Below the pieces are notes generated by a model. That model made no database searches and was not told the DNA's origin. It saw nothing but the letters and a program-made list of their open reading frames with translations. Shown piece after piece: positions 11,901 to 23,800 of a stretch of DNA of 64,000 nucleotides (positions are counted from its first letter, which is position 1; each line of letters begins with the position of its first letter). The translations under genes and the position numbers were made by a program. Origin of the DNA: Ramazzottius varieornatus (taxonomy: Eukaryota > Animalia > Tardigrada); contig BDGG01000002.1 of NCBI GenBank assembly GCA_001949185.1, positions 124,001 to 188,000 of the forward strand, in the 5' to 3' direction.

Positions 11901-14353
11901 CATTGCCATCCGCCCTTGATCCTTGCAAAGAACCGTCCGCTGTCTTGTCGGGCCTGGGCAATACCACCATGGAATATTCGGCTGCTCTTTTGTTGGCTTT
12001 TCTGGTAAAACGCTGGAAGAAATTTCAACTTACAAAAAATTTATGCAGAACCCTTTTCTTTGCGTAATTTCGGAATTTGAAATGATAACGAATGATGTTG
12101 GTCTTCTGAGTAACGTGGGGACCGCCACTTGTCGTACGATGATCTTTTGTAGCTGATTTTTCGCGCGCTTCGGACTACGCAGCTGACGGGACTGACTAGT
12201 CTGTTTCTTAGTCTGCATTAATAATGACATGATTTTTGCAGGCTATCGGATGTGATGGGATCATCGGGTCGGTAAAGCGCGTGGATGCTTGTGGCATCTG
12301 TCAAGGTGACGGGTCGAACTGCCAGAAGATCAAGATGGAGTTCACCGAGGAGAACCTTCCTCGCGGCCACAACAAAATCGGCACCATTCCGCGGGGAGCA
12401 TGTAACATCACGCTAACCGAACAGCGACCCAGCGGCAACGTCTTCGGTAAGGTCACCTCAGCTCCTGCCGCCTTCCCGCGTTCCTCAACTTTGTCAATAT
12501 AACTCTGTGTTTCCGGGGACTTGTTATTTTATTCATAAGTGAAGTTTAGTTGAGGGATTTTAATTCAGTCGATAAATGGACGTTTCGTCTTAGCGTTGAG
12601 GACAACACAAGGCTTCTTCCTGAACGGCGAATGGACGGCTAGCCCGACGGGTCAGTACGGCGCTGCCGGCACCGTCTTCAACTACCAGCACGTCACCAAC
12701 GGCAATTCCTTGCGTCGTCACGGCGAACGTGTCACGGCAAAGGGTCCGCTGACATCGGACATTGATATCGTTGTAAGTGACACAGTTCCAACGAAGAAAC
12801 CGGAAAGTAGGGCAATTACGTAACAGCCTGGCCATTGTATCACTCTGACACGTCAATAAGTTCCGCCGGAAACTTGGTTGAAATGAATCTTTCTGTAGCT
12901 GGTGACCAAGACGAGGAACGTTGGTGTGACGCTGGAATACACCATCTCCAACGACCGCAGCAACATCCCCAGTCGACGCCACCGCGCTGACAACTACATT
13001 GACGTACCCAACGCGGCAGCCGAAGTCCACCGTGGCGACATCCCATCCATCGCCGAAGACTTTGTGGAGACGCCGTTGCGGGTGGAGGCGCTGCCCACCA
13101 CCACCCAACGCCCACCAGAGCGCTTCCGCTGGACGGTGGCCGGCTACAGTGCCTGCAGTCGCACTTGCGGCAAGGGCGTCAAGCACTCCACCATCGCTTG
13201 TATGCTGGACGGTGCCGAACGCAGGATCGTCGATGACCGCTATTGCGCCAACGTTGTCCGACCTGCCACCTTCCAGGAACAGTGCAACCTCCCTTCTTGT
13301 CCTGGAGAGTAAGTGGAAAACAACTATCCTAGGGAAAAGTCCAGTTTTGGCCAGTGCCTTTCATTGAAAATACCGTGTGGCGTACCAACACCCAGTCACA
13401 TTCCATGGTGTGCGCCAGTTGAACGGGGCCAAAGAAAGGTGGCTTTTTTTCAAACTTCGCACACTGTGGTAGGAGTGATAATTTTTGGCGCTTGTTTGTT
13501 GATGGAAGAGTAGCGTTTATCAGTAGAGTTATTTGTGGAGGGTAATTTGTCAGCGTCAATGAGAGGCTGATGTGTGTGTCAAACTTGTTGAATAGGTGGG
13601 CTTATGGCGAGTGGAGCCAGTGTAGTGTCACTTGTGGTGCGGGAACGGAGACGCGGCAAGTTCGTTGTCGCCAAGCGCAGAGCGATGGAGTGATGGCTGA
13701 TGTCAGCGATGATGTCTGTGGCAGCAAGCCCAGCCAGGGAATTATTCGTCCTTGTCAACGTCCAGCCTGCAGCTCGTACAGCTGGCGAAGTGGCCAGTGG
13801 AGCCCGGTAAGGGGGTTTATTCCTGGAGGCACTTGATGCGCAATCTTCGTTTGATCAAGAGGTGTTACGAGGTTGAATGTGGGCTAATTCGATAGACGCG
13901 CTCTGTCATTACAGTGTGATGCCAGCTGCGGCAGGGGATCGCAGCAACGAATGGTCAAGTGTTACGATAACACTTATGGCATGGAAGTCAGCGACGAGCA
14001 GTGCCGCGGAAGCAAGCCGGCAGAAAGCCAGGCTTGCGAGGGTGGCTCGTGCCGAGGCATCTGGCTGATGTCCGACTGGGCGCCAAAGGTACGCTCATCG
14101 AGGATCCTTGCCACTTTGAGGCCGATAATAGTAGGGGCAATCGTGGACTTGTTTTCATAGTGTTCGAACGGATGCGGCCAGGGAGAAACGACCCGTCATG
14201 TGGTCTGTTACAAGGACGGACGGCAACAGGACGCCCGCAAGTGTGACGCCACGCAGCGCCCTCAAACTCGGCAGACTTGTCATAGCCAGAAGGACTGCGG
14301 AGGCCGCTGGTACGAAGGACCCTGGTCTGATGTAAGTACTACAGTCATACGCA

Positions 14354-14385
<32 letters not shown>

Positions 14386-16565
14386 AACTGAAGACCCCAC
14401 ACGTGTACTACTACTCGAATACTGCAATTTTGCCAAATCTGTCCGATTTGCTACGAATTTATAGGCTATACTTAACTCAGTCAGATGCACACGTCCAGTT
14501 ACTATACGAGCCCTGTGTTTCCAATTAATCTGATGGGCAGTTGGAGCTTCTCTTAGTTTTCAAAATGGTTATTCAGTCTCCCGGAATAAAGAAGTGCTGA
14601 TGACAGCGGGCCATCTTGATTTTTGACAGTGTTCTGCGGATTGTGGTGTGGGTTCCCAAACGCGCGACGTCATCTGTCTGCGCGCGCGTGATTACGAGCG
14701 GGCTTACAACCCACAATGCGAAGTGCTGGACGAGTCCGAGTGCAAGTACCATCCCAAGCCCGAGAGCCGCCGACAATGCCAGGGTCCGGCCTGCCACGCT
14801 GGCTCCTGGTACATGTCCGACTGGTCGCCCTGCAGCCATAGCTGCGGCGTCGGTGCCCGCTCGCGGCAAGTGACCTGCTTGGATCACAACAAGAACCCCT
14901 CCAACGACTGCCCCGACAACAGCAAGCCCACCTCCATGGAGTCCTGCGGCAACGACATCTGCACCCAGGATGACTACTACCCTCGTCGGGCCCAGAGCTC
15001 CCAGCCCTCCTCCTTCATCCCCCGTCCACCGGTCGACTTGAATAACAAGGCCGGTACATTGTACGATGCCGCACCGCAGCAGGACTATAGAGGACCCATC
15101 GACCTCAACAACAAGGCTGGCACGCTGTATGATGCCGCACCGCAACAAGATTACCGTCCTCCCATCGACCTCAACAATAAAGCAGGTAAGATACCCTTCG
15201 ACATGTCGCATTCCCCAGCTCGGCAAAGAAGCTTGCACGGATGCTTAACCCAGGTGGCGCACTTTTACCATCTTACTGGCCGGAAGTGTGCGCCAGTTGA
15301 CAAAACGATCCTATAAAAGTTTAGCTGTTTTTCCCAAGTGGTGCACCGTCTCAGTGTTATGGGCTGAGAGGCTGCGCCACTTGGAAAAGTCGATCTCGTC
15401 CAGTTTGTTCCTTGGCTCCCAATTCGATAAGGGTTTTTTCCACATTTCCATGCCTGTCCAGGTACACTGTATGACGCGGCACCGCAAGCCGATTATCGTC
15501 CACCGATCGATTTGAACAACAAAGCTGGGACGCTGTACGACGCGGCGCCGCAACAGGACTACCGTGGTCCCATTGACTTGAACAACAAGGCCGGTACGCT
15601 GTACGATGCAGCTCCGCAACAGGACTACAGACCACCGATCGATCTGAATAATAAGGCGGGAACTTTGTACGATGCCGCTCCACAAGCTGACTATCGTCCA
15701 CCCATCGATCTGAACAATAAAGCCGGCACTCTGTATGACGCTGCGCCTCAACAGGACTACCGACCACCTATCGACCTCAACAACAAAGCTGGTAATTTCC
15801 TTGAACAGGCGGGCCTAAGAACTTTTTTTCTGGAGGAAAATGATCATTTTTGGTTATGTTAAAGGTACGTTGTACGATGCTGCCCCCCAGCAAGACTATA
15901 GGCCGCCCATCGACCTCAACAATAAGGCCGGAACGCTGTATGATGCCGCTCCTCAAGCCGACTATCGTCCACCCGTCGACTTGAACAACAAGGCTGGCAC
16001 CCTTTACGACGCAGCTCCACAGGCCGACTACAGACCTCCCATTGACCTCAACAACAAGGCCGGCACCTTATACGATGCCGCAGCCCAGCAGGATTATCGT
16101 CCTGCGGTGGACCTCAACAACAAGGCAGCTACGCTGTACGACGCCGCGCCCCAAGAGGACTACCGTCCCCCCATCGACTTGAACAACAAGGCTGGCACTC
16201 TGTACGATACCCAAGCGCCAGCCAGGCGGACTCACGATACCGGGCGACGTGGGGCAGAAGGCCACAACGGTCCCATGCCGCCGGCTGGATCGAAGCGTCG
16301 TGCGGTGGCCTCACCTAGCGGTATGGTCGACATCGACGTCACGCCGCGCAGGTCGCGAAAGAGGACGGAAGCAGCCCAGGACAACACCGTCACGGACCAT
16401 GCCGAGAGCGGGAGCAGCAAGAGGGATAGTAAGCTTGCCAAGAACGGCACCGGCCATGGGAAAACATGCACGGACCGCATGGAGCGCTGCAAGACCGTCA
16501 AGGAACTGGCCTTTTGCCGATACGACTACTACAAGAAAATGTGCTGTAAGTCCTGCTCAGCGTAG
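8978..16565 (+). CDS. ADAMTS-like secreted ECM protein (THSD4/ADAMTSL4-type: signal peptide, TSR, Cys-rich, spacer, multiple TSP1, repeat insert, PLAC)
   Basis: Signal peptide MWSVYLFLLLLRSTGFLVNVAAQ; WSSCSATCGWGVQ; DGTM...CLNGSCQ|AIGCDGIIGSVKRVDACGICQGDGSNC; spacer IPRGACNI, FFLNGEW, AAGTVFNY; several W..CS.TCG.G repeats; PLAC CTDRMERC...CRYDYYKKMCCKSC. No metalloprotease HExxH seen. Confidence 0.9.
10164..10292. repeat. Tandem pair of AAGTGGCGCAC-N25-GTGCGCCACTT units (intronic)
   Basis: Units at 10164 and 10246, spacer 25 nt each, period 82. Confidence 0.9.
14354..14386. repeat. (CA)n microsatellite, intronic
   Basis: About 13-14 CA units followed by tacaca. Confidence 0.95.
15023..16208 (+). 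repeat. Coding tandem repeat, 66 bp / 22 aa (TLYDAAPQQDYRPPIDLNNKAG) x ~13, split by two introns
   Basis: 13 DLNNKA and 13 TLYD occurrences across three exons; the middle exon 15462-15791 is exactly 5 x 66 bp. Confidence 0.97.
15252..15382. repeat. Tandem pair of the same N25 inverted motif (intronic)
   Basis: Units at 15252 and 15336, spacer 25, period 84. Confidence 0.9.
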
Positions 16566-17618
16566 ACGGCGCCACCAGTCGCGAGGTCAGCTTTCCACGC
16601 GCTAGACACTTCAAGCCTCCGACTCTTCCTCTATTCCTTTCGCGCGCTTCCTTTTTGTAGTCATTGCTTACTGCTTCGCACCATTTGCAACAAACGACTG
16701 CTAGCGAGATGCGTCTTGACGTCCTGACAATAGTCTCCATGACACATCTACTGTTAATCTAGCTCTCTAGTTTTTCAGAAATGAAATAAATACTAGTCAA
16801 CAGCTAGTCGGTCCATAACAAAGAAAATTAAGGAGGATACTGTCGGCATTCCCTGAACTTGTCCCTTTTCTTGCGGCAGGTGAGGATAGAGAATTCTTGT
16901 AACTAATGCTTTTCGGCACCTGCAGTCAGGTACTTGACAGTAATGGAGATGTGTGAAAAGAATAGCAAGCAGGTAGCAAGTACAAGAGCGACGATTGACA
17001 GCCGCCCGCAGCGCTGCTTTGCTTTGCTTTTCGTTTGCACTGTCTTTCTCTTTGGCGATCTGTCGAATGAGCATCGACCCTTGACGGAACGCTTTATCAT
17101 TCGAATCATAGTAAAAAAGAACGGCGCAACGCCACGCTGCGACTGGTCGCATAGGCTCCCATACTGACAGCCTAATGCTGCCTCTTCGGTTTCACTATGT
17201 TCGAATCAAACATTCTGCAGCGTATTCTGCCTTCTGCTTTGTTGCTGAAGGCCCCTCTTTGTGGGGCCTGTTCCGCCATACCTAAGGATGAATGGGCAAT
17301 CAGATGACAGTTGGGAAGAGGGTTTGGCTGTCTAATGCCTTTTCTGCGCTAATCAGTTTGTGCCTTTTCAAGCATCTTTAATTCCATCAGTAGAATTGAT
17401 CTTCAAGACGGCCTGACGGAATATGGACATTATGGCAACTTTCTTCCTCACTTCCCTTCCGCCAATGCTGGTAAAGCTTTGGTCATAGCCTGAAATAGTC
17501 AATCTCTATTGCTAGCTCCAGTCGGGGCATCTCCAAACAGTCACAAGATAGAATCATACCACAGTATATTACTCATTCTATCCCCGTTTTGTGGGAAATT
17601 CGTATGTTGTTTGAGGGG

Positions 17619-18698
17619 ATGGAGGACGAGGACTGGATGGTCAGGTTGCAGTCGCTAAAGTTCCTCAAGACTCGCCACGAAGGCCTGGAAGAAGTCACGT
17701 CTCAGCTGAAGGGGAACCGCAAGCAGATGGCTTCCGAGGAGAAACTGCTGGCGGACTTCCGGGCGGAACTGCCGCTTCTGCAACAGGAGAAACAAAGTCA
17801 TGTGGAAATCCTACGACTCATCAACAAGGACATTGAAGATGTAAGCCTCAAAATTATAATGTCATTTGGTTGGCAGGGATTCACCCGAGTAACCTCAGGA
17901 ACGACGCTTCAGTGATCAAGCTCTGAATTATCATAACCGGCAACAATATTTTTGTTTGAATGGTAGAAAAAGGATCACCAGTTTAGAGGCCGACAGTGGA
18001 GCGTAGATTGGTTTAACGTGACATCGTTTTCTCCTACAGATGAATGGTATTCTGAAGAAGAGCCAGGAATGCCGGGAGAACCTGTCGAAGAAGCAGGACC
18101 AGTGCTTCAAAGAGTACATCGAAGTCAAGGATGATGTCGATCGTTTGACCTCGAAAGTGTGGCGGACTTGTCAGAGGAAGGTCTCCACATACCTCTTAAC
18201 CTAGTGAGACTGTAAGCTACAGAAAACTGTATTTATGCATCAAGTGAACTATATTTATGCATCCAGAACTATTGTTACAGACTGGATGGAACATCCAACG
18301 GTGCATTTCCCCCACATGGTGGCGCCACCTGGCCAACAAGAATCTTTCGGCGCCTTCCATCCCTGCATGCCCGCCTTTACCTCAAAACATCATCCAGACC
18401 AAGGATCCATCTTGAGTAACATGATGGAAGCTGCGCGCCGCCTATGAAGGTATAAGGTAAACACTTCATCCCCAATGTTCGTCAAGCATTTTGGCTTCTC
18501 GATGTGGCTCCTGACAAATTATGACTTTTGTGTAAGCATGGAAGCACCATCTGCTAGAAACTAATGTGGATGAAATCTCTGCAGCGATGTCCCAATTGTG
18601 GGCAAGACATCCACCGGAATGCTCCCATCTGTCCTATCTGCAAATCCAAGAGCTATTCCACGAACCCCAAGAAATCCAAAAACAGAAAACTAACATGA
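17619..18698 (+). pseudogene. ZC4H2: ZC4H2 zinc-finger homolog with two frame disruptions
   Basis: LLQQEKQSHVEILRLINKDIED coiled coil and C-terminal PPMK|[30 protein letters not shown]; exon 2 shifts frame near 18150 (in-frame TAG 18202) and exon 3 near 18437; no open splice path found. Confidence 0.8.
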
Positions 18699-19491
18699 GC
18701 AAAACGTCTGTTTCAAAGCAAACCCACAATTACATACCGTCGTACCGTTTTTTTTTGCGTCTGTTGGTGTCTTAATATGTGGCAATGCCAAACTTCAAGG
18801 CACACAATTCTCCTATTTCGCTGAATCCAAGGACGCTATTGGTATCATCGCGGTCTGTAGGTACGAGGTACTTCACTCAATTCCATCCCCTAGTCCGTAA
18901 TGCGAAGATAATTACTTTCCTGATTACAGGCCTCGTCTGTGGGACGGTCCATGATTAATTATGGGCGTAACCAGGTATGACCAAAACTGACCAGATGCCT
19001 CTATCTCCACTAATGTTGTACTTTGCCCTTCACTGGGCAGAGTTCAGCAGAGGGGTTCAAACACAAACTTACGAACAAAGCCAGCCCCGCAGCGACAGCT
19101 CGTGCCCAAAAACCCATGTTAGACCACCTGAAGTGGTTTGACATGGGATAACGTGGGGTATCAAGTCGCATGCAAGGTTTATTAGTAAGCTCTGCGAGCA
19201 TTACGTAATTACGCAATAGAAAACCTTTGGAAGTGCCGGTTTGGTTTCAAAGCAGAGACTCCAGCAAAAAGCGAGCAATGTTCAACACGGTCCAAGGTTC
19301 ACTGATAACAGCCATTCGCCCTCCACAAAAATTTCATTACTCGATCACGATACATCCGATCAGCGCGAACTTTGAACCCTGATGAGTAACACGGAAGACT
19401 GCACTAGCCGTTTTAGCTGCACCAAAAGTACCCCAGATGAAAAATTGATTCCTGACAAGTTTCTCTCCAAGACCAAAACGATCAGTCTGAA

Positions 19492-20260
19492 ATGATTTTT
19501 TCATTTCATGTACGGGATATGCAGTGGGACAAACTTCCCGCATATCGTCATTCGCAACAGTATTACGTCTTTCATCTTTCGGAATCTCCTCCTCCCACGG
19601 GGACCTCGCTGGTGTCATGGGTGCCCAGCTTCTTCAACTTGACTTTCATATACCGCCTGGACTCGGATATCGTTGCCGATATGTACTTCCAGCACTACAA
19701 ACCACCCATGTGGGCCGACTGGTCATCCTTCGAAGAAGCATGGAGAGTGAAAACAAAGTTGCCGGTGGTCTTTGTGTCAAAGTGCATTACGCCCAGTACG
19801 CCCAGCATTACGTCAAACTGCACTACGAACCTTGTCTTGGAGAAGCTAAGGGAATACATAGCAATAGACGTCTACGAAAAATGCGGACCTCTCAAATGTA
19901 ATCCAACTTCTCATAAGAAAAAGACGGCCTGCAACGGACTAGTTTCGACGTATAAATTCTTTCTTGCCTTTGAAAATAGGTGAGCCTTAAACGATGTGGC
20001 TATCATCACCGTATCCAAATATAGATTCTCCCTCTTTGCAGTGTTGTCGGGATTATGTGACGGAAAAATTCACCGGGCCTACGCGCAAAACACTGTCCCA
20101 GTAGTACTTGGCGGAGCAAACCACACAGCTTTATTTCCACCCCATTCCTTCATCAAAATCTGAGATTTCCTCAGCGCCAAAGCGCTGGCCGAACATTTAT
20201 TGTTTTTATCAACGAATTCAACGGCTTACCAGGCGTACTTTGAATGGAAACCAAATCCAG
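19492..20260 (+). pseudogene. Alpha-1,3-fucosyltransferase (GT10) pseudogene fragment
   Basis: FHLSESPP, FNLTFIYRLDSDI, IDVYEKCG, YKFFLAFENS|.CRDYVTEK, TVPVVLGGAN...PPHSFI; frameshifts near 20042-20070 and in-frame TGA at 20161. Confidence 0.85.
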
Positions 20261-20820
20261 TCTACGCTACACTTATCGACGACGGTACGACGTCGATAAT
20301 TGGTATCGAAAACGCCGAGTTCGTCGTAGGTTTCGAAAGACATTGGGTAGGAGTTGAATCGCGCGAACCCCTTAACCGACCTTGCTATTGATATTACACA
20401 TGTCAGGCGTGCTGGTAAGTGATGTTTCACGCTGTCTGGAAAGGTCGGTGTTCTACGCACTACACAACGTCATTTTGTTTCCAAATACCACTTCCAGCGC
20501 TTGTGGAGAACCCCGAGCGGGAGTGTAGCTGAATTCGACTTTCTGATAAGACAGAAAACCCCCTAAATGCAATTGATATCTCCTATCGTGACCAACTGGG
20601 ATGAAGCAAAAAAGAACGGGGCTAAATTTGGGCAATAAAATTCAAAATAGCCGAGTCAAAGCTGCCGAGATCCCAGCCACCATTTAAGCTGGAGAAGTTC
20701 TTTTTACAAACTGATGATAAAACTCAAAGCTTAAGCTGTCAGTACTGACCGAGTCGGATACATGCAAGTCGAATTCCCACCTTATTCACCAAGCCTCAGG
20801 TCTTGCAAAGGTTTTCTCCA

Positions 20821-23800
20821 TCAGACCCAGTTGTTTTCCGGCAACAACTAGAGCCAAAAACGGTCGAGATGTCGGACGCGGCGAATGAGACAAGTTCGAA
20901 CGAAGAAAGTGGGCGCTCGGCGAACAAACTCGAACAGATTATTTCCCTCAGTGGCGAACCGTCCCACTGTTATCGGCTGGAAGTGTGCGCCACTGGGGGG
21001 AAACCACTTTGGCGAGTTTGTTATCCCTGTTGACAACATCGAACAAGGACGGTACTTACCCCGACACCCTGACTAATCTTGGGTTTCAAGTCTTCGTCCC
21101 GAAGGAATTCGGTGGGGTAGGACACCACATAACCCCGCAGTTCCTTCAGGCGAGCCTTGGCTTGCTCCGGGTCAGTCTCAGCTAACTTCGCAGTCTTCAG
21201 GTTTTCTTCCACTTGTTGGAAAGTCAAGACTTTGTTGGTCGGTAACGGGAAAAACACCTGTCAAAACAAGCCCAACACACATTCTCGCAGAAACAACTTG
21301 CAAACTAGCAAAGTCTACAGGATTATTTCCCCAAGTGACGAGCGTTCTTGATGTTATCAGCTGACAGCCTGCGCCACTTGAGAAAACGATCGTGTCACGG
21401 TCTTCCCAAGTGGCGCAAGCCGCCAGTGTTACTGGCCCACAGCGCGCGCCACTTGGAGAAACGATTGTGTCGAGCTACCGCTGCACGGCCTTCACTGCCC
21501 ACCTCTTCGAAAATTTGCTCATTGGCCATGGCGCGTTGTATCCACGTGTCGAAGTAGAAGCTATCGCAGGTGGGGTCTTGGACGATGGCATCGGCCTCTG
21601 CTTCCGACACAGCAGCTGGCATGTCTTCCAACAGGCAAAGGCAGATTCTACAGGGAAACACAACGTCATCCAAACCGGAAGATGCAGAAACTTTCCTATA
21701 CAAGCCTTACTTCATCAGTCGTTTGCGGGATCGGCCGGAGAATTTGCCGCAAGCGTAAGGTTGGCCGTTCATCCTGGACTCTTCAAACTGCTGGTCTTCA
21801 ACGAGGAAGGCAATTTCGGCGTCATGTTCGCCCACCAAAGAGCGATCGTTGATGTTGGCTGAGCCGATGATGGTTGTCGTATCGTCGGCGATCAGCAGCT
21901 TACTGTGGACATACACCATCTCGGTCTTCAGCTTGCCAGAGATCTCACCGTGGGTGCGCAGCCCACAGAAGAAAATGTACGGCGTCGGATCGATGCCTAA
22001 AACGATACACTCAACTAACATCCCAAAGTATGCCGAGAATATTTCACCGATCTGAGATCAAAGAGAGGTCTTATCTGCATTTACTGGCCGTACCTCGAGC
22101 TCGAAGTTGTTCAAGCACTGAATATCCCCCACGCGAAATACTCTGGTATGTGTAGTGCATCACCCCTTGCAGCGGTGCAGCTCCTGTAAATCATCAGCCA
22201 AATAGATTTGACCTTCTTCCGCATTCTTCCATTCGGAGCAAAGAAAAACAGTGGGTTGATTTCTCTATCGATGGATGTTCGAAAACTGCTTCTTACGGTT
22301 GGTTCCCCAGGTTCCACCCATGGCTTGTTGCAGCGGCAAGATAACGTAGACACGGAATGTTTCACCCAGCTTGTGCGCTCGTTCTATCCGCATGACTAGC
22401 GCGTCACCCACTCGGTTGCGAACCAAATGGTGGTCGGCCACGATGGTCGTGAAGAAGGCATTCTGCACAGAGAGAAGACCAAACAATGTTTACCGACCAG
22501 CTTTAAACATCTCTCAGCAGGAAAATTCTGTGGGAGCTCACTACAGCAACTCGTCAAGTCATCGTTACCAAGTGGCGCACAGTTTCGCCCACTGCCACTG
22601 GAAGCTTGCGGCACTTGGCATGGAAACCCAACCTCACGACATCGTTTCCTCAAGTGACGCACGCTCCCACATGATATTACCGACAACGTACGTCACTGTG
22701 AAAAAGATCCTACCCAGTGCTGCCAACTAACCTCTATGTAGATGTAGTGTTTGGCAGCAAGGATAATGTCGTAGTAGGCTTGTTCAATGGAGTGTTCAGG
22801 TGCCGAGTTAGGGGAGAGGCCGCTAGACCATGAAGAAGCACTGCGCAAGACTTGCACTCGGCAGGAATGAACGTTATCGGGCAAGGCATCGACATCGACC
22901 AGGACCTCAGCACGCGACTTTGGCAGGAGGAAATCGTACTCTTCTTCGAAGCGATACTTTTGCAGCTGGAAGAGAAAAACAGAAGACCGTTCAACTTCTG
23001 AGACGACTCTGGAGCGAGTGGAAACTGCGGTGCGAGAAAACAACCTACCTTTATGGCATTCCATTTTTGGATAAAATTTCGAGCAGCGTCCACAGCAGGA
23101 GCTCCCCACACGCAAGCACCCAAATCGCGCCACGGAAGCCGTGGATGAATATCCCGCTCCAGTTGATCTACAACGATGATCAGGCTGTAACACGTAACGA
23201 CCTGCATATCCGAGTATGCCAGGCGAAATCATCCTTATTGCAGCAACGAAAGACTATCGGACTTACCTAAGTAAGGATCTCCCGTCTTGGGTTGCTCCAC
23301 GCCTTTGATCTTCTCGTTAACGTACTCGTTTCCGATCCACAGGTACTCTGCAAGAAAGAAGAGCCCACTGACATCCCCCCTCACTATTTAGTCGGTAGGA
23401 TTCTCCACATACTTTTGGCCAGTCCGGGAAGCAGTTCTTTATCGTCTTTGGCCTTCTGTTTCAATATGTCCTCAGCTTCCGTTGTTGTTGTCTTCCCTCC
23501 CATCCTCCTACATTACACAATTTACCATTAAAAACGTCGACGGCGTTCAAAAAAACCAAGCCACTTCGGTCCCAGGCAAGTGATAAGGCCAGACTAGCCG
23601 GTGGCGCATGTTTGCCGCCCATAACATCAACAACGTGCGCTATTTGGACAGGCAATACGAAACCCGACCAGATCGCCTTGCAAACCGGCGCACGCTTTCA
23701 GCTATTAATGCTACAAATGTGCGCCACTTGGAAAGAAGAACCCCGTCGAGTTGGTTCGCCGAATTCCCACTGACCTTTTAGCAATCCCAGCGCCTCTTGC

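Noticed and set aside
11689-11970. Antisense ORF nested in an ADAMTSL intron
   Set aside because: Short, with no motif or splice support.
15023-16208. Regular repeat as a CRISPR array or neuropeptide precursor
   Set aside because: Contiguous coding units with no unique spacers; no dibasic cleavage or amidation pattern; embedded in an ADAMTSL ORF.
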